Shown: positions 37,987-47,217, counted from the stretch's first letter. The stretch is 64,000 bases of DNA from an uncultured Candidatus Rokubacteria bacterium (GCA_963805625.1 CAWDVE010000016.1:192001-256000); one strand, 5' to 3'. Program-made: numbers and translations. The notes: generated by a model from the letters alone, not told the origin.

Positions 37987-39315
37987 TCACGCTTCGTCTC
38001 CTCCGCCGTGGTGGAGCCGCCACCGGTGGGCGAGCCGCGCCACGCCCGTGTCGCGCACCCGGGAGCGCACGGCAAAGGCGTAGAAACGGCTGTGGTAGTC
38101 GTAGGGGTGGCCGTCGCGTGCGTGGACGGCCACGTCGAGGAGGTACTCTCCCTCGACCAGATCGAGTCGTTCGATCTGCATGGTGACCACGCCCTCGCCG
38201 TCGACCTTCCCGAACGCGAGTCCCTCCACCGCGGTGTTGGTCCCGTAGCAGCAGACCCCGTCCTTGCGGAAGACGCCGACGCCGAACACGGGATCCTCGA
38301 CCGGCCGATGCGCGCGGAAGGTGAGCTGGACGGCGCAGGGCTCCCCGGTCTCGAAGAGGTACCGCTCGTGACCGTCCCCGCCGGTGAGCTGGACGCGGAT
38401 CAGCTCGACCTCCCGGCTTCCCCAGCGCGCGGCGGTGCCCGTCCGGGCGAGCGCCTCGGCCTGCGAGTGCTCCACGCCGAGCGCCCGAGCTTCCTCGCGC
38501 GCTACGTGGTCCAGGTAGCGGCCCACGACCTCCCGGGTCTCGCCGTGCGCCTGGAGTTGCCCCCGGTCGAGCCACACCGTCTCGTCGCAGAGACGCTCGA
38601 TGCTGCCGAGGTCGTGGGAGACGAGCACGATCGTCTTCCCGCGCGCCTTGAACTCCTGAATCTTGCCCACGCACCGGTGCTGGAAGGCTTCGTCGCCGAC
38701 GGCCAGCACCTCGTCGATCAGAAGGATGTCCGGGTCCACCGTGACCGCGATCGCGAAGCCGAGCCGCATGTACATCCCCGACGAATAGGTCTTGACGGGG
38801 CTGTCGACAAAGGTCTCGAGCCCGGCGAAGCCGACGATCTCGTCGAACCGCGCGCGGATCTCCGCGCGGGAGAGGCCGAGCAGGACGCCGTTGATGTAGA
38901 TGTTCTCGCGCCCGGTGAACTCCGGATGGAAGCCGGCGCCGAGCTCGATCAGGGCGGACACCCGCCCGCACACGGAGACCTGACCGGCGGTCGGCTTGAG
39001 GATGCCCCCGAGCACCTTGAGCAGCGTGGACTTGCCGGAACCGTTCGAGCCGATGATTCCGACCATGCGCCCGCGGCCGAGGTCGAGGCTCACGTCCCGA
39101 AGCGCCCAGAGCTCCTCGCCCGAGAAGAGCCCGGGCCCGCCGTGCCCGACGAAGAGGCGGACGAAGAGGTCCTTCACGGTGGAGACCTGGCGCCCCCGAT
39201 AGAGCCGGAAGCGCTTCGAGACGTCCCGGAGGGAGATCGCGACGTCCTTCGGCGCTGGCGGCGCTGGCGGCGCTGGCGGCGCTGGCGGTGCCGGGCGCGC
39301 GGGGGTCCCGGTCAC
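37987..39315 (-). CDS. wzt: Polysaccharide ABC exporter ATPase with C-terminal carbohydrate-binding domain (Wzt)
   Basis: GSNGSGKST, ELGAGFHPE, YSSGM..RLGFA, DEVLAVGD, C-terminal Wzt_C beta domain. Confidence 0.92.
   Translation of the reverse strand: MTGTPARPAPPAPPAPPAPPAPKDVAISLRDVSKRFRLYRGRQVSTVKDLFVRLFVGHGGPGLFSGEELWALRDVSLDLGRGRMVGIIGSNGSGKSTLLKVLGGILKPTAGQVSVCGRVSALIELGAGFHPEFTGRENIYINGVLLGLSRAEIRARFDEIVGFAGLETFVDSPVKTYSSGMYMRLGFAIAVTVDPDILLIDEVLAVGDEAFQHRCVGKIQEFKARGKTIVLVSHDLGSIERLCDETVWLDRGQLQAHGETREVVGRYLDHVAREEARALGVEHSQAEALARTGTAARWGSREVELIRVQLTGGDGHERYLFETGEPCAVQLTFRAHRPVEDPVFGVGVFRKDGVCCYGTNTAVEGLAFGKVDGEGVVTMQIERLDLVEGEYLLDVAVHARDGHPYDYHSRFYAFAVRSRVRDTGVARLAHRWRLHHGGGDEA
39251..39286. 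repeat. 9-bp tandem repeat (GGCGCTGGC)x4 encoding Pro-Ala-Pro repeats at the Wzt N-terminus
   Basis: Four perfect copies visible in the sequence. Confidence 0.85.
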
Positions 39316-39319
39316 GGCG

Positions 39320-40126
39320 TCAGATCTCCTCGGCCAGGCTGTCGCGGAGGCGGTCGAACACCCACCAGCCACCGACCAGCGCGAGAGCCGCGCAGACGCT
39401 CACGGTTCCGAGGTGGATCCAGTGCGGCTCGCGGCCGAAGAAGAAGATGTTCTGGTAGCTCTGAACGAGCCCCGCGATCGGGTTCAAGAAGTAGAGCGGC
39501 CGGAGCGGCACGACCAGAGTCTCGCTCAGGTGGAGCGTCGTCGGCACGGTGGACACCGGATAGAGGATCGGCGTCAGGAAGAACAGCAGCGTCAGGCCGT
39601 TCGTCAGGATCTGCTCCACGTCCCGGAGATGGACGTTGAGCGCCGCCAGCGCCAGCGCGAGACCGGTGGTGAGGAGGAGCTGGAGGATGAGGAGCAGCGG
39701 CAGGAACAGCAGCACCGCGTGCGGGCGGATGCCAAAGACCAGGAGGAACCCGAAGAGGAGGGGAAGCGACAGCAGCATGTTGATCAGGTTCGCGAGGACG
39801 GAGACCAGCGGAAGCACCTCCGCCGGGAACAGGATCCGCTTGACCAACGTCCCCGAGGCTACGATGACGCCGGCGGCGTGACCGAGCGAGGACGAGAACC
39901 ACAGCCAGGGGAGGAGCCCGGAGAACAGGAACACCGCGTACCCCTCCATCGGCACCCGGAGGTAGATCGAGAACACGAGGGCGTACACCAGCATCAGGAG
40001 CAGCGGGTTCAGGAACGACCAGAGGAAGCCGAGGAAAGAGCCGCGGTAACGCGCCCGGAGCTCCCGCAGGACGAGCGTCCCGATCAGGGCGCGATGTCGG
40101 TACAGATCGGCGAGGTGTCCTACCAT
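39320..40126 (-). CDS. wzm: Polysaccharide ABC exporter permease (Wzm)
   Basis: RELRARYRGSFLGFLWSFLNPL, RDVEQI, FFLTPILYP, LNP. Confidence 0.92.
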   Translation of the reverse strand: MVGHLADLYRHRALIGTLVLRELRARYRGSFLGFLWSFLNPLLLMLVYALVFSIYLRVPMEGYAVFLFSGLLPWLWFSSSLGHAAGVIVASGTLVKRILFPAEVLPLVSVLANLINMLLSLPLLFGFLLVFGIRPHAVLLFLPLLLILQLLLTTGLALALAALNVHLRDVEQILTNGLTLLFFLTPILYPVSTVPTTLHLSETLVVPLRPLYFLNPIAGLVQSYQNIFFFGREPHWIHLGTVSVCAALALVGGWWVFDRLRDSLAEEI

Positions 40127-40162
40127 ACCTTCAATCTCACAATCTCACCGCCGGGCGTCCGG

Positions 40163-41107
40163 TCAGACCCGCCGGCGCCAATCGTCCAGCACGTCCTCGA
40201 GGCTCTGTCGGAACGAGATGGTGGGAGCCCAGCCCGTGAGCGCCCGGAGCCGGCTCGCATCCCCCATGAGGAGCGGGAGGTCGATGGGGCGAACGCGCGC
40301 GGCGACCTGGCGCACCTCGATTGGGCGCGCGGCGTACCCGAGGAACCCGTCGATCACCTCTTGGATCGACAGGGCCTTGCCCGAAGCGGCGTTGTAAGTC
40401 CTCCCGGGATCGCCTCGGGCCAGCAAGAGCCAGTACGCCCGCACCATGTCGCGGACGTCCGTGAAATCGCGCTGCGTCGTGGTGGTACCGACCTCGAGGA
40501 TCGCCGGCCCACGCCCCCGCTCGATCTCGGCGATCTGCCGGGCGACGTCGCTCCAGACGAAGCCGAGCCCCTGCCGGGGGCCGACGTGGTTGAAGGCGCG
40601 GACGATCACCAGCGGCAGCCCCTCTGAGCGGGCGTAGTACCCCGCGTAGAGCTCCTGAGAGGCCTTCGACAGCGCGTAGGGCGACCCCGGGGCCCAGCGG
40701 CGAGTTTCGGGGATCGGCTGCTCGGACTCGGGGACCACCCCGTAGACCTCGCCCGAGGAGACCATGAGGCAGGGAATCGGATGACGGCGCAGCCCCTCGC
40801 AGATCTGGTACGTGGCCTCGAGGTTCGTCCGGAGGACGTCTGCGCGAAGCGCCCACGAGGTGCCGACCACCGAGGCGCCCGCCAGGTGGAATACGCGGTC
40901 CGGGCGCATCGCTCGCAACACGTTGCCCGCGGCCCCGGGCTCCGTCAGGTCGCAGGCGACGGTGGTCACGTCCTTCTGCACCGCCGCCAGGTTGTCGGTC
41001 GGCGCGCCGGGCAGAACCGTGCCTACCACCTCCGCGCCCTCCCGCAGAGCCAGCTCCGCGAGGTGGCTCCCGGCGAAGCCCGCGATGCCGGTGATCAGGA
41101 CCTTCAC
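40163..41107 (-). CDS. GDP-sugar SDR, Rmd-like GDP-4-keto-6-deoxymannose reductase
   Basis: GIAGFAG, SSGEVYG, YALSK, FNHVGPRQ, RDFTDVRD. Confidence 0.75.
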   Translation of the reverse strand: MKVLITGIAGFAGSHLAELALREGAEVVGTVLPGAPTDNLAAVQKDVTTVACDLTEPGAAGNVLRAMRPDRVFHLAGASVVGTSWALRADVLRTNLEATYQICEGLRRHPIPCLMVSSGEVYGVVPESEQPIPETRRWAPGSPYALSKASQELYAGYYARSEGLPLVIVRAFNHVGPRQGLGFVWSDVARQIAEIERGRGPAILEVGTTTTQRDFTDVRDMVRAYWLLLARGDPGRTYNAASGKALSIQEVIDGFLGYAARPIEVRQVAARVRPIDLPLLMGDASRLRALTGWAPTISFRQSLEDVLDDWRRRV

Positions 41108-41119
41108 GGCAGGCGCAGC

Positions 41120-42073
41120 CTAGACGCGCCTTCGCCAGTGCTCGAGGAGGTCCTTGAGCGTGACCTCGAACGGGATCGTGGGCTCCCAGCCCGTGACGCT
41201 CCGGAACTTCGAGTAGTCACCGACGAGAAGGGGGACGTCGGACGGCCGCATCCGGGCGGGGTCCTCCCGCACTGTGACCGTCACGTGGGTGAGGCCGAGG
41301 AGGATGTCCAGCACCTGGCGCGCCGAATAGCCCCGCCCCGAGCAGATGTTGTAGACCTCCCCGGGGGCGCCGTGCTCGAGCGCCAGCCAGTAGGCCCGGA
41401 CCATGTCGCGCACGTCCGTGAAGTCCCGGACCGAGTCGAGGTTGCCCACCCGGACGTCGGGCTCGCGGACGCCCTTCTCGATCTCGGCGACCTGCCGGGA
41501 GAAGTTCGAGGTGACGAATACCTCGCCCCGCCGCGGGCCCGTGTGGTTGAACCCGCGCGTCCGGACCACGTGGAGCTGGTAGCTCTTCCAGTACTGGTAG
41601 GCCAGAAGATCCTGGGTCACCTTGGACACGGCGTAGGGGGAGAGCGGCCTGAGCGGGCTGTCCTCCCGGATCGGGACCTCGTGGGGCAGGACCAGTCCGT
41701 ACTCCTCGCTCGATCCGGCAATGTGGACGCGTGCGGGCAGCTCGAGATCGCGCATCGCCTCGAAGAGATTCACCTGGCCCATCACGTTGCCGTTCAAGGT
41801 CTCGCCGGGCGCCAGCCACGACGTGGGCACGTAGCTTTGGGCGGCCAGGTGGAAGATCCGGTCCGGGCGCACGTCGCGGAGCACGTGTCGGACGGCGCCT
41901 GCATCGCGCAGGTCGCACTCGACTCGCCGCACCCGGTCCCCGAGGTGCTCGACGTTCTCCAGGCGGCTCCGCCAACGGTGCATTCCGAAAACCTCGACGT
42001 CGCCGCGGGCGACAAGGTAGTCGGCCAGGTGGCTGCCTACGAAACCGGTGAATCCCGTGATGAGGACGCGCAT
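41120..42073 (-). CDS. GDP-mannose 4,6-dehydratase-like SDR (Gmd/Rmd family)
   Basis: GFTGFVG, HLAAQSYVPTSW, GSSEEYG, PYAVSK, FNHTGPRRG..FVT, GNLDSVRD. Confidence 0.8.
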   Translation of the reverse strand: MRVLITGFTGFVGSHLADYLVARGDVEVFGMHRWRSRLENVEHLGDRVRRVECDLRDAGAVRHVLRDVRPDRIFHLAAQSYVPTSWLAPGETLNGNVMGQVNLFEAMRDLELPARVHIAGSSEEYGLVLPHEVPIREDSPLRPLSPYAVSKVTQDLLAYQYWKSYQLHVVRTRGFNHTGPRRGEVFVTSNFSRQVAEIEKGVREPDVRVGNLDSVRDFTDVRDMVRAYWLALEHGAPGEVYNICSGRGYSARQVLDILLGLTHVTVTVREDPARMRPSDVPLLVGDYSKFRSVTGWEPTIPFEVTLKDLLEHWRRRV

Positions 42074-43182
42074 CACGAATCTCCCTCGAAGAAGCCGCGG
42101 ACGGCGGCGATCACGGCGTCGATCTCGTCGGGCCGAAGCTCGGGGAAGCAGGGGAGCGAGAGCACCTCCCGGGCGGCAGCCCACGCCGCGGGGAAGGGGG
42201 TCGCGTCGTAGCCCAGGTCACGGAACAGCGGCTGCGCCGGGATGGGAAGCGGGTAGTGACAGGCGGTACCGATTCCGGCGGCCGTCAGATGCGCGGCGAG
42301 GGCGTCCCGTTGAGGTGTGCGGATGGTGTACTGGTGGAACACGTGCGTAGCGCCGGGCCGCTCCACGGGCAGGACGATGGGAAGTCCGGCGAGCCCTTCG
42401 CTGTAGCTCGCGGCGACGGCCTGTCGGGCCAGGGTCCACGCCGGCAAGTGGCGTAGCTTCACCCGGAGGATGGCCGCCTGCAGCTCGTCCAGTCGCGCGG
42501 TCCACCCGAGCTCGGCGTGACGGTACTTCTGCGTCTGCCCGTGGTTCCGGGCCAGCCGCAGGTGCGCGGCGAGCGCCGCGTCGGTCGTCGTCACCAAGCC
42601 CGCGTCGCCGTAGGCCGCGAGGTTCTTCGTGGGGTAGAAGCTGAAGGCCGCCGCCCGGCCATGCCCGCCCACGGGACGACCGCCGAGCGTCGCCCCGAAT
42701 GCCTGGGCGGCGTCTTCCACGACGTGGACCCCGTGAGCGTCCGCGAGGACCCGGAGTGGCCCCATGGCGGCCGGGAGCCCGTAGAGGTGGACTGCGAGGA
42801 TCACCCGCGTCTTGGGCGTGATGGCGGCCGCGACGCGGTCCGGATCGAGCGTGAGTGTGGCCGGCTCGACGTCGACGAAGACGGGCCGGGCCCCGAGCTC
42901 GAGCGCCGCCGTGGCGGAGGCGACGAAGGAGAAGGCGGGGGTCACCACCTCGGTGTCCGGGCCGACGCCGAGCGCCCGCAGGGTCAGCTTGATCGCGTCC
43001 GAGCCCGAGCCCAGGCCGATCGCGTGGCTCACCCCCAGGTAGGCCGCGCATTCCGTCTCGAACGCCTCGCCCTCGGGGCCCAGGATGAACTGGCCGCCGC
43101 GCAGGACGTGCCGGAGCGCCGAGTGGATCTCCGGTTCGAGCTGCTCGTACTGGCGGGTGAGGTCGAACTGGGGGATCTTCAT
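42073..43182 (-). CDS. DegT/DnrJ/EryC1/StrS aminotransferase (WbpE/FdtB-like subgroup)
   Basis: MKIPQFDL, FILGP, EDAAQAFGA, SFYPTKNL..YGDAG, RLDELQAA, LSLP. Confidence 0.9.
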   Translation of the reverse strand: MKIPQFDLTRQYEQLEPEIHSALRHVLRGGQFILGPEGEAFETECAAYLGVSHAIGLGSGSDAIKLTLRALGVGPDTEVVTPAFSFVASATAALELGARPVFVDVEPATLTLDPDRVAAAITPKTRVILAVHLYGLPAAMGPLRVLADAHGVHVVEDAAQAFGATLGGRPVGGHGRAAAFSFYPTKNLAAYGDAGLVTTTDAALAAHLRLARNHGQTQKYRHAELGWTARLDELQAAILRVKLRHLPAWTLARQAVAASYSEGLAGLPIVLPVERPGATHVFHQYTIRTPQRDALAAHLTAAGIGTACHYPLPIPAQPLFRDLGYDATPFPAAWAAAREVLSLPCFPELRPDEIDAVIAAVRGFFEGDS

Positions 43183-45362
43183 TGAAAGCCGGTGAACCCC
43201 CGCCCGAAGCCGTATTGCCCCAGCTCGAGCAGGTTGATGCTGATCCGGAACTCGTCCTCGTCGACCCGGTCGATGAAGGCCGCGGTGATGGCCCAGCACT
43301 GCTCGCGGAACTCGACCTCGAGCCGGTTCTCGATGACGGTGCCGGTGTCGATGTTGTAGTCGCTCGAGAACCGGGCGGTCCAGCGCGAGCCAATCTTGGC
43401 CTCGATCGAACCCTGGATGAAGACGAGCTTTCCGTCCTCGCCGTGGCGCGTGCCGAACACCGCGCGCCAGCGCGCCGCCTCGTAGGAGAAGTCGGTCGTG
43501 GCGGTCGTAACGTTGTACTCGTAGGGGTCGAAGGACGCCGTTCCGCGGAAGCGGACGCCGTACACGGGCTCGAGGATCAGGTCTGCGAGGAGATCCGAGA
43601 GCCGCTTCGCCGTGACGGTCGTGGTCGTCGTGGGTGTCGCGGTCGACGTCGTGGGCGTCCCGAAGACCGTCGTCGAGATCGGGTTGGGCTCGATCGTGTA
43701 GGTCTGGCTGAGGGTGAAGCGGATGACCTCCCACACGCGCCCCGGGCTGTCGTCCTGGCCGACGGCGCGCGCCTTGAGCCGGTTCGTCAGGGAGTAGTTG
43801 ACCGTGTTGCCCGGCGTGATGGTATCGATCCCGTCCCACTGGGGCAGGTCCTTCGAGTCGTTCCCGTCCAGGAAGTTGTAGGTCACGCGTGGCTCGATCA
43901 GGTGCTGGAGCTTCTGGATGCCGAAGGCCCCGTCGAGGTCGAACACGCGTTGCGCGCGTGCGTCGAAGTCGGCGCCCGCCTCGAAGAGCGAACGCACGGT
44001 GAATTTCTTCTCCGTGTCCTCGACGACGAACCCCTGGACCTCCTTGGTGCCGATGACCCGCGTGTCGTACATGGTCTCGCGAAAGCCGACTCGCGGCGTG
44101 ATCGTGAAGAGGCCCCCGGGCGACAGGGGATAGGACACGCGGGGCGTCACGTCGAGGCGCTGGCCCGCGGAGCCGATATCGCGCACGAAGTTGTTGTAGG
44201 AGCTGTCCATCTCGAAGAGGAGCCCGGGCAGCCAGGGCACGGGTTGCTGGAAGGCGTTGAGCCGCAGCTCGGGGAGGCGCTGCAGCTCGATCGACTCGTC
44301 GGTCGTGAGGTCCTGGTAGAAGAAGAGCCGGCCGAAGAAGTTCCACTTTTCCCAGCGCTGGGTGAGCGAGACGTTCGACTCGAGGCGCTGCGCGCCCCGC
44401 TGGTCGAGGCTGTCCCCGAACTCGCTGAGGAACTGGTCGTCGCTGACCCGGGCGACGTCCGCCTTGAGGACCAGCCGCGGGGTGATCACCTCCTCGTGCC
44501 GGAGGCTCGCCACCCACCGGTCGGGGCCATGGTCCGGCGACTCCTCGTCGTCGTGGAGGTAGAAGCCGTCGATCTCGCCCCTGGAGCCCTCCTTTCGGAC
44601 GTAGCGGTATGTCGCGCCGAGCCCGAACCCGCGCTTCTCGAAGTAGGTCGGCGACAGCGTGAGATCCTGGCTGTCGGACAGCACGAAGTAGATCGGCTGG
44701 CGGACGGAGAAGCCCTTGTCGGTGCTGGTCCCGAAGGTCGGCGTGAGGAGTCCGCTGTGGCGGTCCTTGCGCAGGCTCGTCGCGAAGAAGGGGATGAAGG
44801 GGACGAGCGGGATCTTCCAGACCCAGAACGAGGCGTTGGTTCCCCACATGTAGTCGTCGAGATAGGCGGTAGCCGAGCCGAGACGGACGGACCACGCCGG
44901 GGTCTCTTCCTCGCACGTCGTGAAGACCCCCCCCGCGATGCGATAGGCCTTGTCCCCGAACCGCTCCATGCGGTTCCCGCCGAAGAAGAAGTGCGGCTCG
45001 GCGGCGGCCGCTGCCTTGTACACGACGCCGGTGCCCGACCGGAGGTTGTACTCGATGCGCTCGCCGGTGAGCCGGTCGCGCCCGTCGAACAGGACCACGC
45101 GGCCGGTCGCGACGGCCTCGCTGGTCTCCGTGTTGATCTCCACGCGGTCGGCCTCGAGGCGCACGTCCCCCTGCTCGATCTGGACGTTCCCCTCGGCGAG
45201 GAGGAGCTTCTCGCGGTCCAGATTCTCGACACGGTCCGCGTACACGGTGACCGGGGTGCCGGCCTCGAGGGAGAGCCGCTGCCGCTCCTGACCCCGGGCG
45301 AGACTCGGAAGGAGGGCGAGCCACGCGACCACCATGAACCAGACGAAACGCGGTACGGGCAC
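43179..45362 (-). CDS. lptD: LPS-assembly outer membrane protein LptD
   Basis: Signal peptide, OstA-like N-terminal domain, FTTC...PAW, R.SGLL.P, LQRLPEL, HLIEP, CWAI; GTG start after GGAGG. Confidence 0.88.
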   Translation of the reverse strand: MPVPRFVWFMVVAWLALLPSLARGQERQRLSLEAGTPVTVYADRVENLDREKLLLAEGNVQIEQGDVRLEADRVEINTETSEAVATGRVVLFDGRDRLTGERIEYNLRSGTGVVYKAAAAAEPHFFFGGNRMERFGDKAYRIAGGVFTTCEEETPAWSVRLGSATAYLDDYMWGTNASFWVWKIPLVPFIPFFATSLRKDRHSGLLTPTFGTSTDKGFSVRQPIYFVLSDSQDLTLSPTYFEKRGFGLGATYRYVRKEGSRGEIDGFYLHDDEESPDHGPDRWVASLRHEEVITPRLVLKADVARVSDDQFLSEFGDSLDQRGAQRLESNVSLTQRWEKWNFFGRLFFYQDLTTDESIELQRLPELRLNAFQQPVPWLPGLLFEMDSSYNNFVRDIGSAGQRLDVTPRVSYPLSPGGLFTITPRVGFRETMYDTRVIGTKEVQGFVVEDTEKKFTVRSLFEAGADFDARAQRVFDLDGAFGIQKLQHLIEPRVTYNFLDGNDSKDLPQWDGIDTITPGNTVNYSLTNRLKARAVGQDDSPGRVWEVIRFTLSQTYTIEPNPISTTVFGTPTTSTATPTTTTTVTAKRLSDLLADLILEPVYGVRFRGTASFDPYEYNVTTATTDFSYEAARWRAVFGTRHGEDGKLVFIQGSIEAKIGSRWTARFSSDYNIDTGTVIENRLEVEFREQCWAITAAFIDRVDEDEFRISINLLELGQYGFGRGFTGFQ

Positions 45363-45610
45363 GGACCTCCCCCTCGACGAAGTGGCCCGCTCTCTGGGGC
45401 CGTCAGACGCGTCCACCGTCGAAGTGACGCGGAGTTAGGGAACGCGGGCATCCTATCAGAGGCCCTGCGAGGACGCAATCTTTGGAACGCTGTTCGGCGT
45501 CCGGAAGAGGCCCGCAGGAAGCCGACAATCCGCTCACTTGCGCGGGCTCGTAGAGGGGAGGTGAGTGGAGCACGGGCCGGTGCCGGATGCGACGAGAAAA
45601 GGGGAGTCTG

Positions 45611-45958
45611 ATGAGACCTCGATGGTTGATCCGAGCGGGCGTGACCCTCGTGCTGGCGCGTGGGCTCGCGGCGCCCGCGCTCCCGCAGGGCGGAGTCGTG
45701 GCGAGCGCCGTGATCCGCGTGTTCCAGTTCCAGCCTGGGGCCCTCGCGGTGCGCCTCGGCACCCGCGTCACCTGGACGAATGAGGACGACATCATCCACA
45801 CGGTGACCTCGGGCCTGCCCGGAAGCCCGGACGGGCGGTTCGACGTCCGCCTTGGGGGCAAGGGGACGAGCGGCAGCGCGAGCTTCTCCGAGCCCGGGGT
45901 CTACCCGTACTTCTGTGCGCGGCACCAGTCCATGCGGGGTGAGGTCCTCGTGCGCTAG
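45611..45958 (+). CDS. Exported cupredoxin (plastocyanin/amicyanin-like type 1 copper protein)
   Basis: Signal peptide; VTWTN.D...HTVT and YFCARHQSM give His-Cys-His-Met ligands. Confidence 0.88.
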   Translation: MRPRWLIRAGVTLVLARGLAAPALPQGGVVASAVIRVFQFQPGALAVRLGTRVTWTNEDDIIHTVTSGLPGSPDGRFDVRLGGKGTSGSASFSEPGVYPYFCARHQSMRGEVLVR

Positions 45959-46551
45959 CGCCGGTCAGGCGGAGTCGCGAGGGCGGCGCGAAGCGCGCGG
46001 ATCTGCGCCCGGTGGTCGAGGAAGTGGAGCCGCTGGACCAGCGCGTACTCCTGCCACGTGAGCTCGGCCGCGAAGATGTCGGGTGCGCCTCCCGCCTCCG
46101 GCGCGCTCACGACGAGGACGGCGGGAGCGGTGACGGTGCTCGGCTCACCGGGGCCAGGATGCTCTGCCGCGGCCAGCGCCGCGTCCAGCGCGGTGCTGGC
46201 CTCCCGTAGGCCCTCGACCAGCTCCGTCCACGGCACGCGATGGGCGGCCCCGGAGAGCAGCGCCTCGTAGACGGGCGGTCCCGGGGGCCGGCGGCCCGCG
46301 CGGAGGTGACGGAGCTCCTCCGCCGCGCGCACGGTGGACTGGGCGACGTGGTCGACGACCTGGGCCACCGTCCATTCGCCCGGATGCACCGCGGTTCTCG
46401 CGTCCCGCTCCTCGAGACCCGCCAGCGCCGTCGCGAGCTCGGCTGCGGCCGAGCTGACGCGCGCCCGGAGCCGCGGCACGTCGAGCGCGGCGGCGCGGGT
46501 CCGGATGTAGTCGAGCAAGCGGGCTCGCTCGGCCCACGCGGCCTCAGCCAT
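45955..46551 (-). CDS. DinB-family protein
   Basis: GEWTVAQVVDHV and H..DHRAQI motifs. Confidence 0.75.
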   Translation of the reverse strand: MAEAAWAERARLLDYIRTRAAALDVPRLRARVSSAAAELATALAGLEERDARTAVHPGEWTVAQVVDHVAQSTVRAAEELRHLRAGRRPPGPPVYEALLSGAAHRVPWTELVEGLREASTALDAALAAAEHPGPGEPSTVTAPAVLVVSAPEAGGAPDIFAAELTWQEYALVQRLHFLDHRAQIRALRAALATPPDRR

Positions 46552-47176
46552 GGCGATTCTCCCGGTCGTCCGACCGTCCCGCCGCCCCGAGATAGGCGCC
46601 GAGCGCCTCCTCGGCGAGGCGCACGGCACGGCCGAGCGGCATCAGGTCGGGATCGAAGGTGAGCTGGAGCGAGAGCCCGTCGACGAGCGCGAGGATCACC
46701 GCCGCGGCCTCGTCGGGCACGACCTTGCGGAAGGCGCCGGCCGCCGTCCCCTCCGCGACGCTCGCCGCGAGGAACCGTCGGGCGCGCGTGTACGCGTGCC
46801 GGTTCAGGCGCGCCAGATCCGGGTCGTGGAGCGCCTCGCCCCAGAGCTCGATGTACACCGTCCAGAAATCCCGGCTCTCCGTCGCCACCTTGAGACACGT
46901 GCGGAGCAGAGCGCGCAGGCGTCCGCGGGCGTCGTGGACGCCGCGGGCCTCCGTCGCCACGCGGCGGTCGAGGTCGGCGATGATGGTGGCGGCCGCGCGG
47001 CCGAGGATGGCGTGCTTGTCCCGGAAGTAGTAGTGGAGGATTCCCGGGCTCACGCCGGCCTCCGCCGCGATCCGCTTCATCGTGAGGTCGGCGTAACCGT
47101 CGCGCGCCAGGCAGCGGATCGTCGCGCGGACGATTGCCGCACGGCGCTCGGGGGCGACCTTGGGACGCGGGCTCAT
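46544..47176 (-). CDS. TetR family regulator (BetI-like C-terminus)
   Basis: IAAEAGVSPGILHYYFRDK HTH; ALVDGL. Confidence 0.9.
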   Translation of the reverse strand: MSPRPKVAPERRAAIVRATIRCLARDGYADLTMKRIAAEAGVSPGILHYYFRDKHAILGRAAATIIADLDRRVATEARGVHDARGRLRALLRTCLKVATESRDFWTVYIELWGEALHDPDLARLNRHAYTRARRFLAASVAEGTAAGAFRKVVPDEAAAVILALVDGLSLQLTFDPDLMPLGRAVRLAEEALGAYLGAAGRSDDRENRHG

Positions 47177-47197
47177 ATTGGGGGCCGGAGGCTCATA

Positions 47198-47217
47198 TAG
47201 GTTGGTCGACCAATCTA
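47198..47217. promoter_or_regulatory. Palindromic operator, probably bound by the adjacent TetR
   Basis: TAGGTTGGTCGACCAATCTA is a 20-bp near-perfect inverted repeat just downstream of a minus-strand TTGACG-17-CAGAAT promoter (47232-47260). Confidence 0.7.

Noticed and set aside
33028-45324. Apparent giant or fused ORFs (42073-45324 1083 aa, 33028-35244, 35305-37095; likewise 30334-31983 and 61425-63500)
   Set aside because: Their N-terminal extensions are off-frame read-through of the upstream gene; real starts lie at the 4-nt overlaps listed in features
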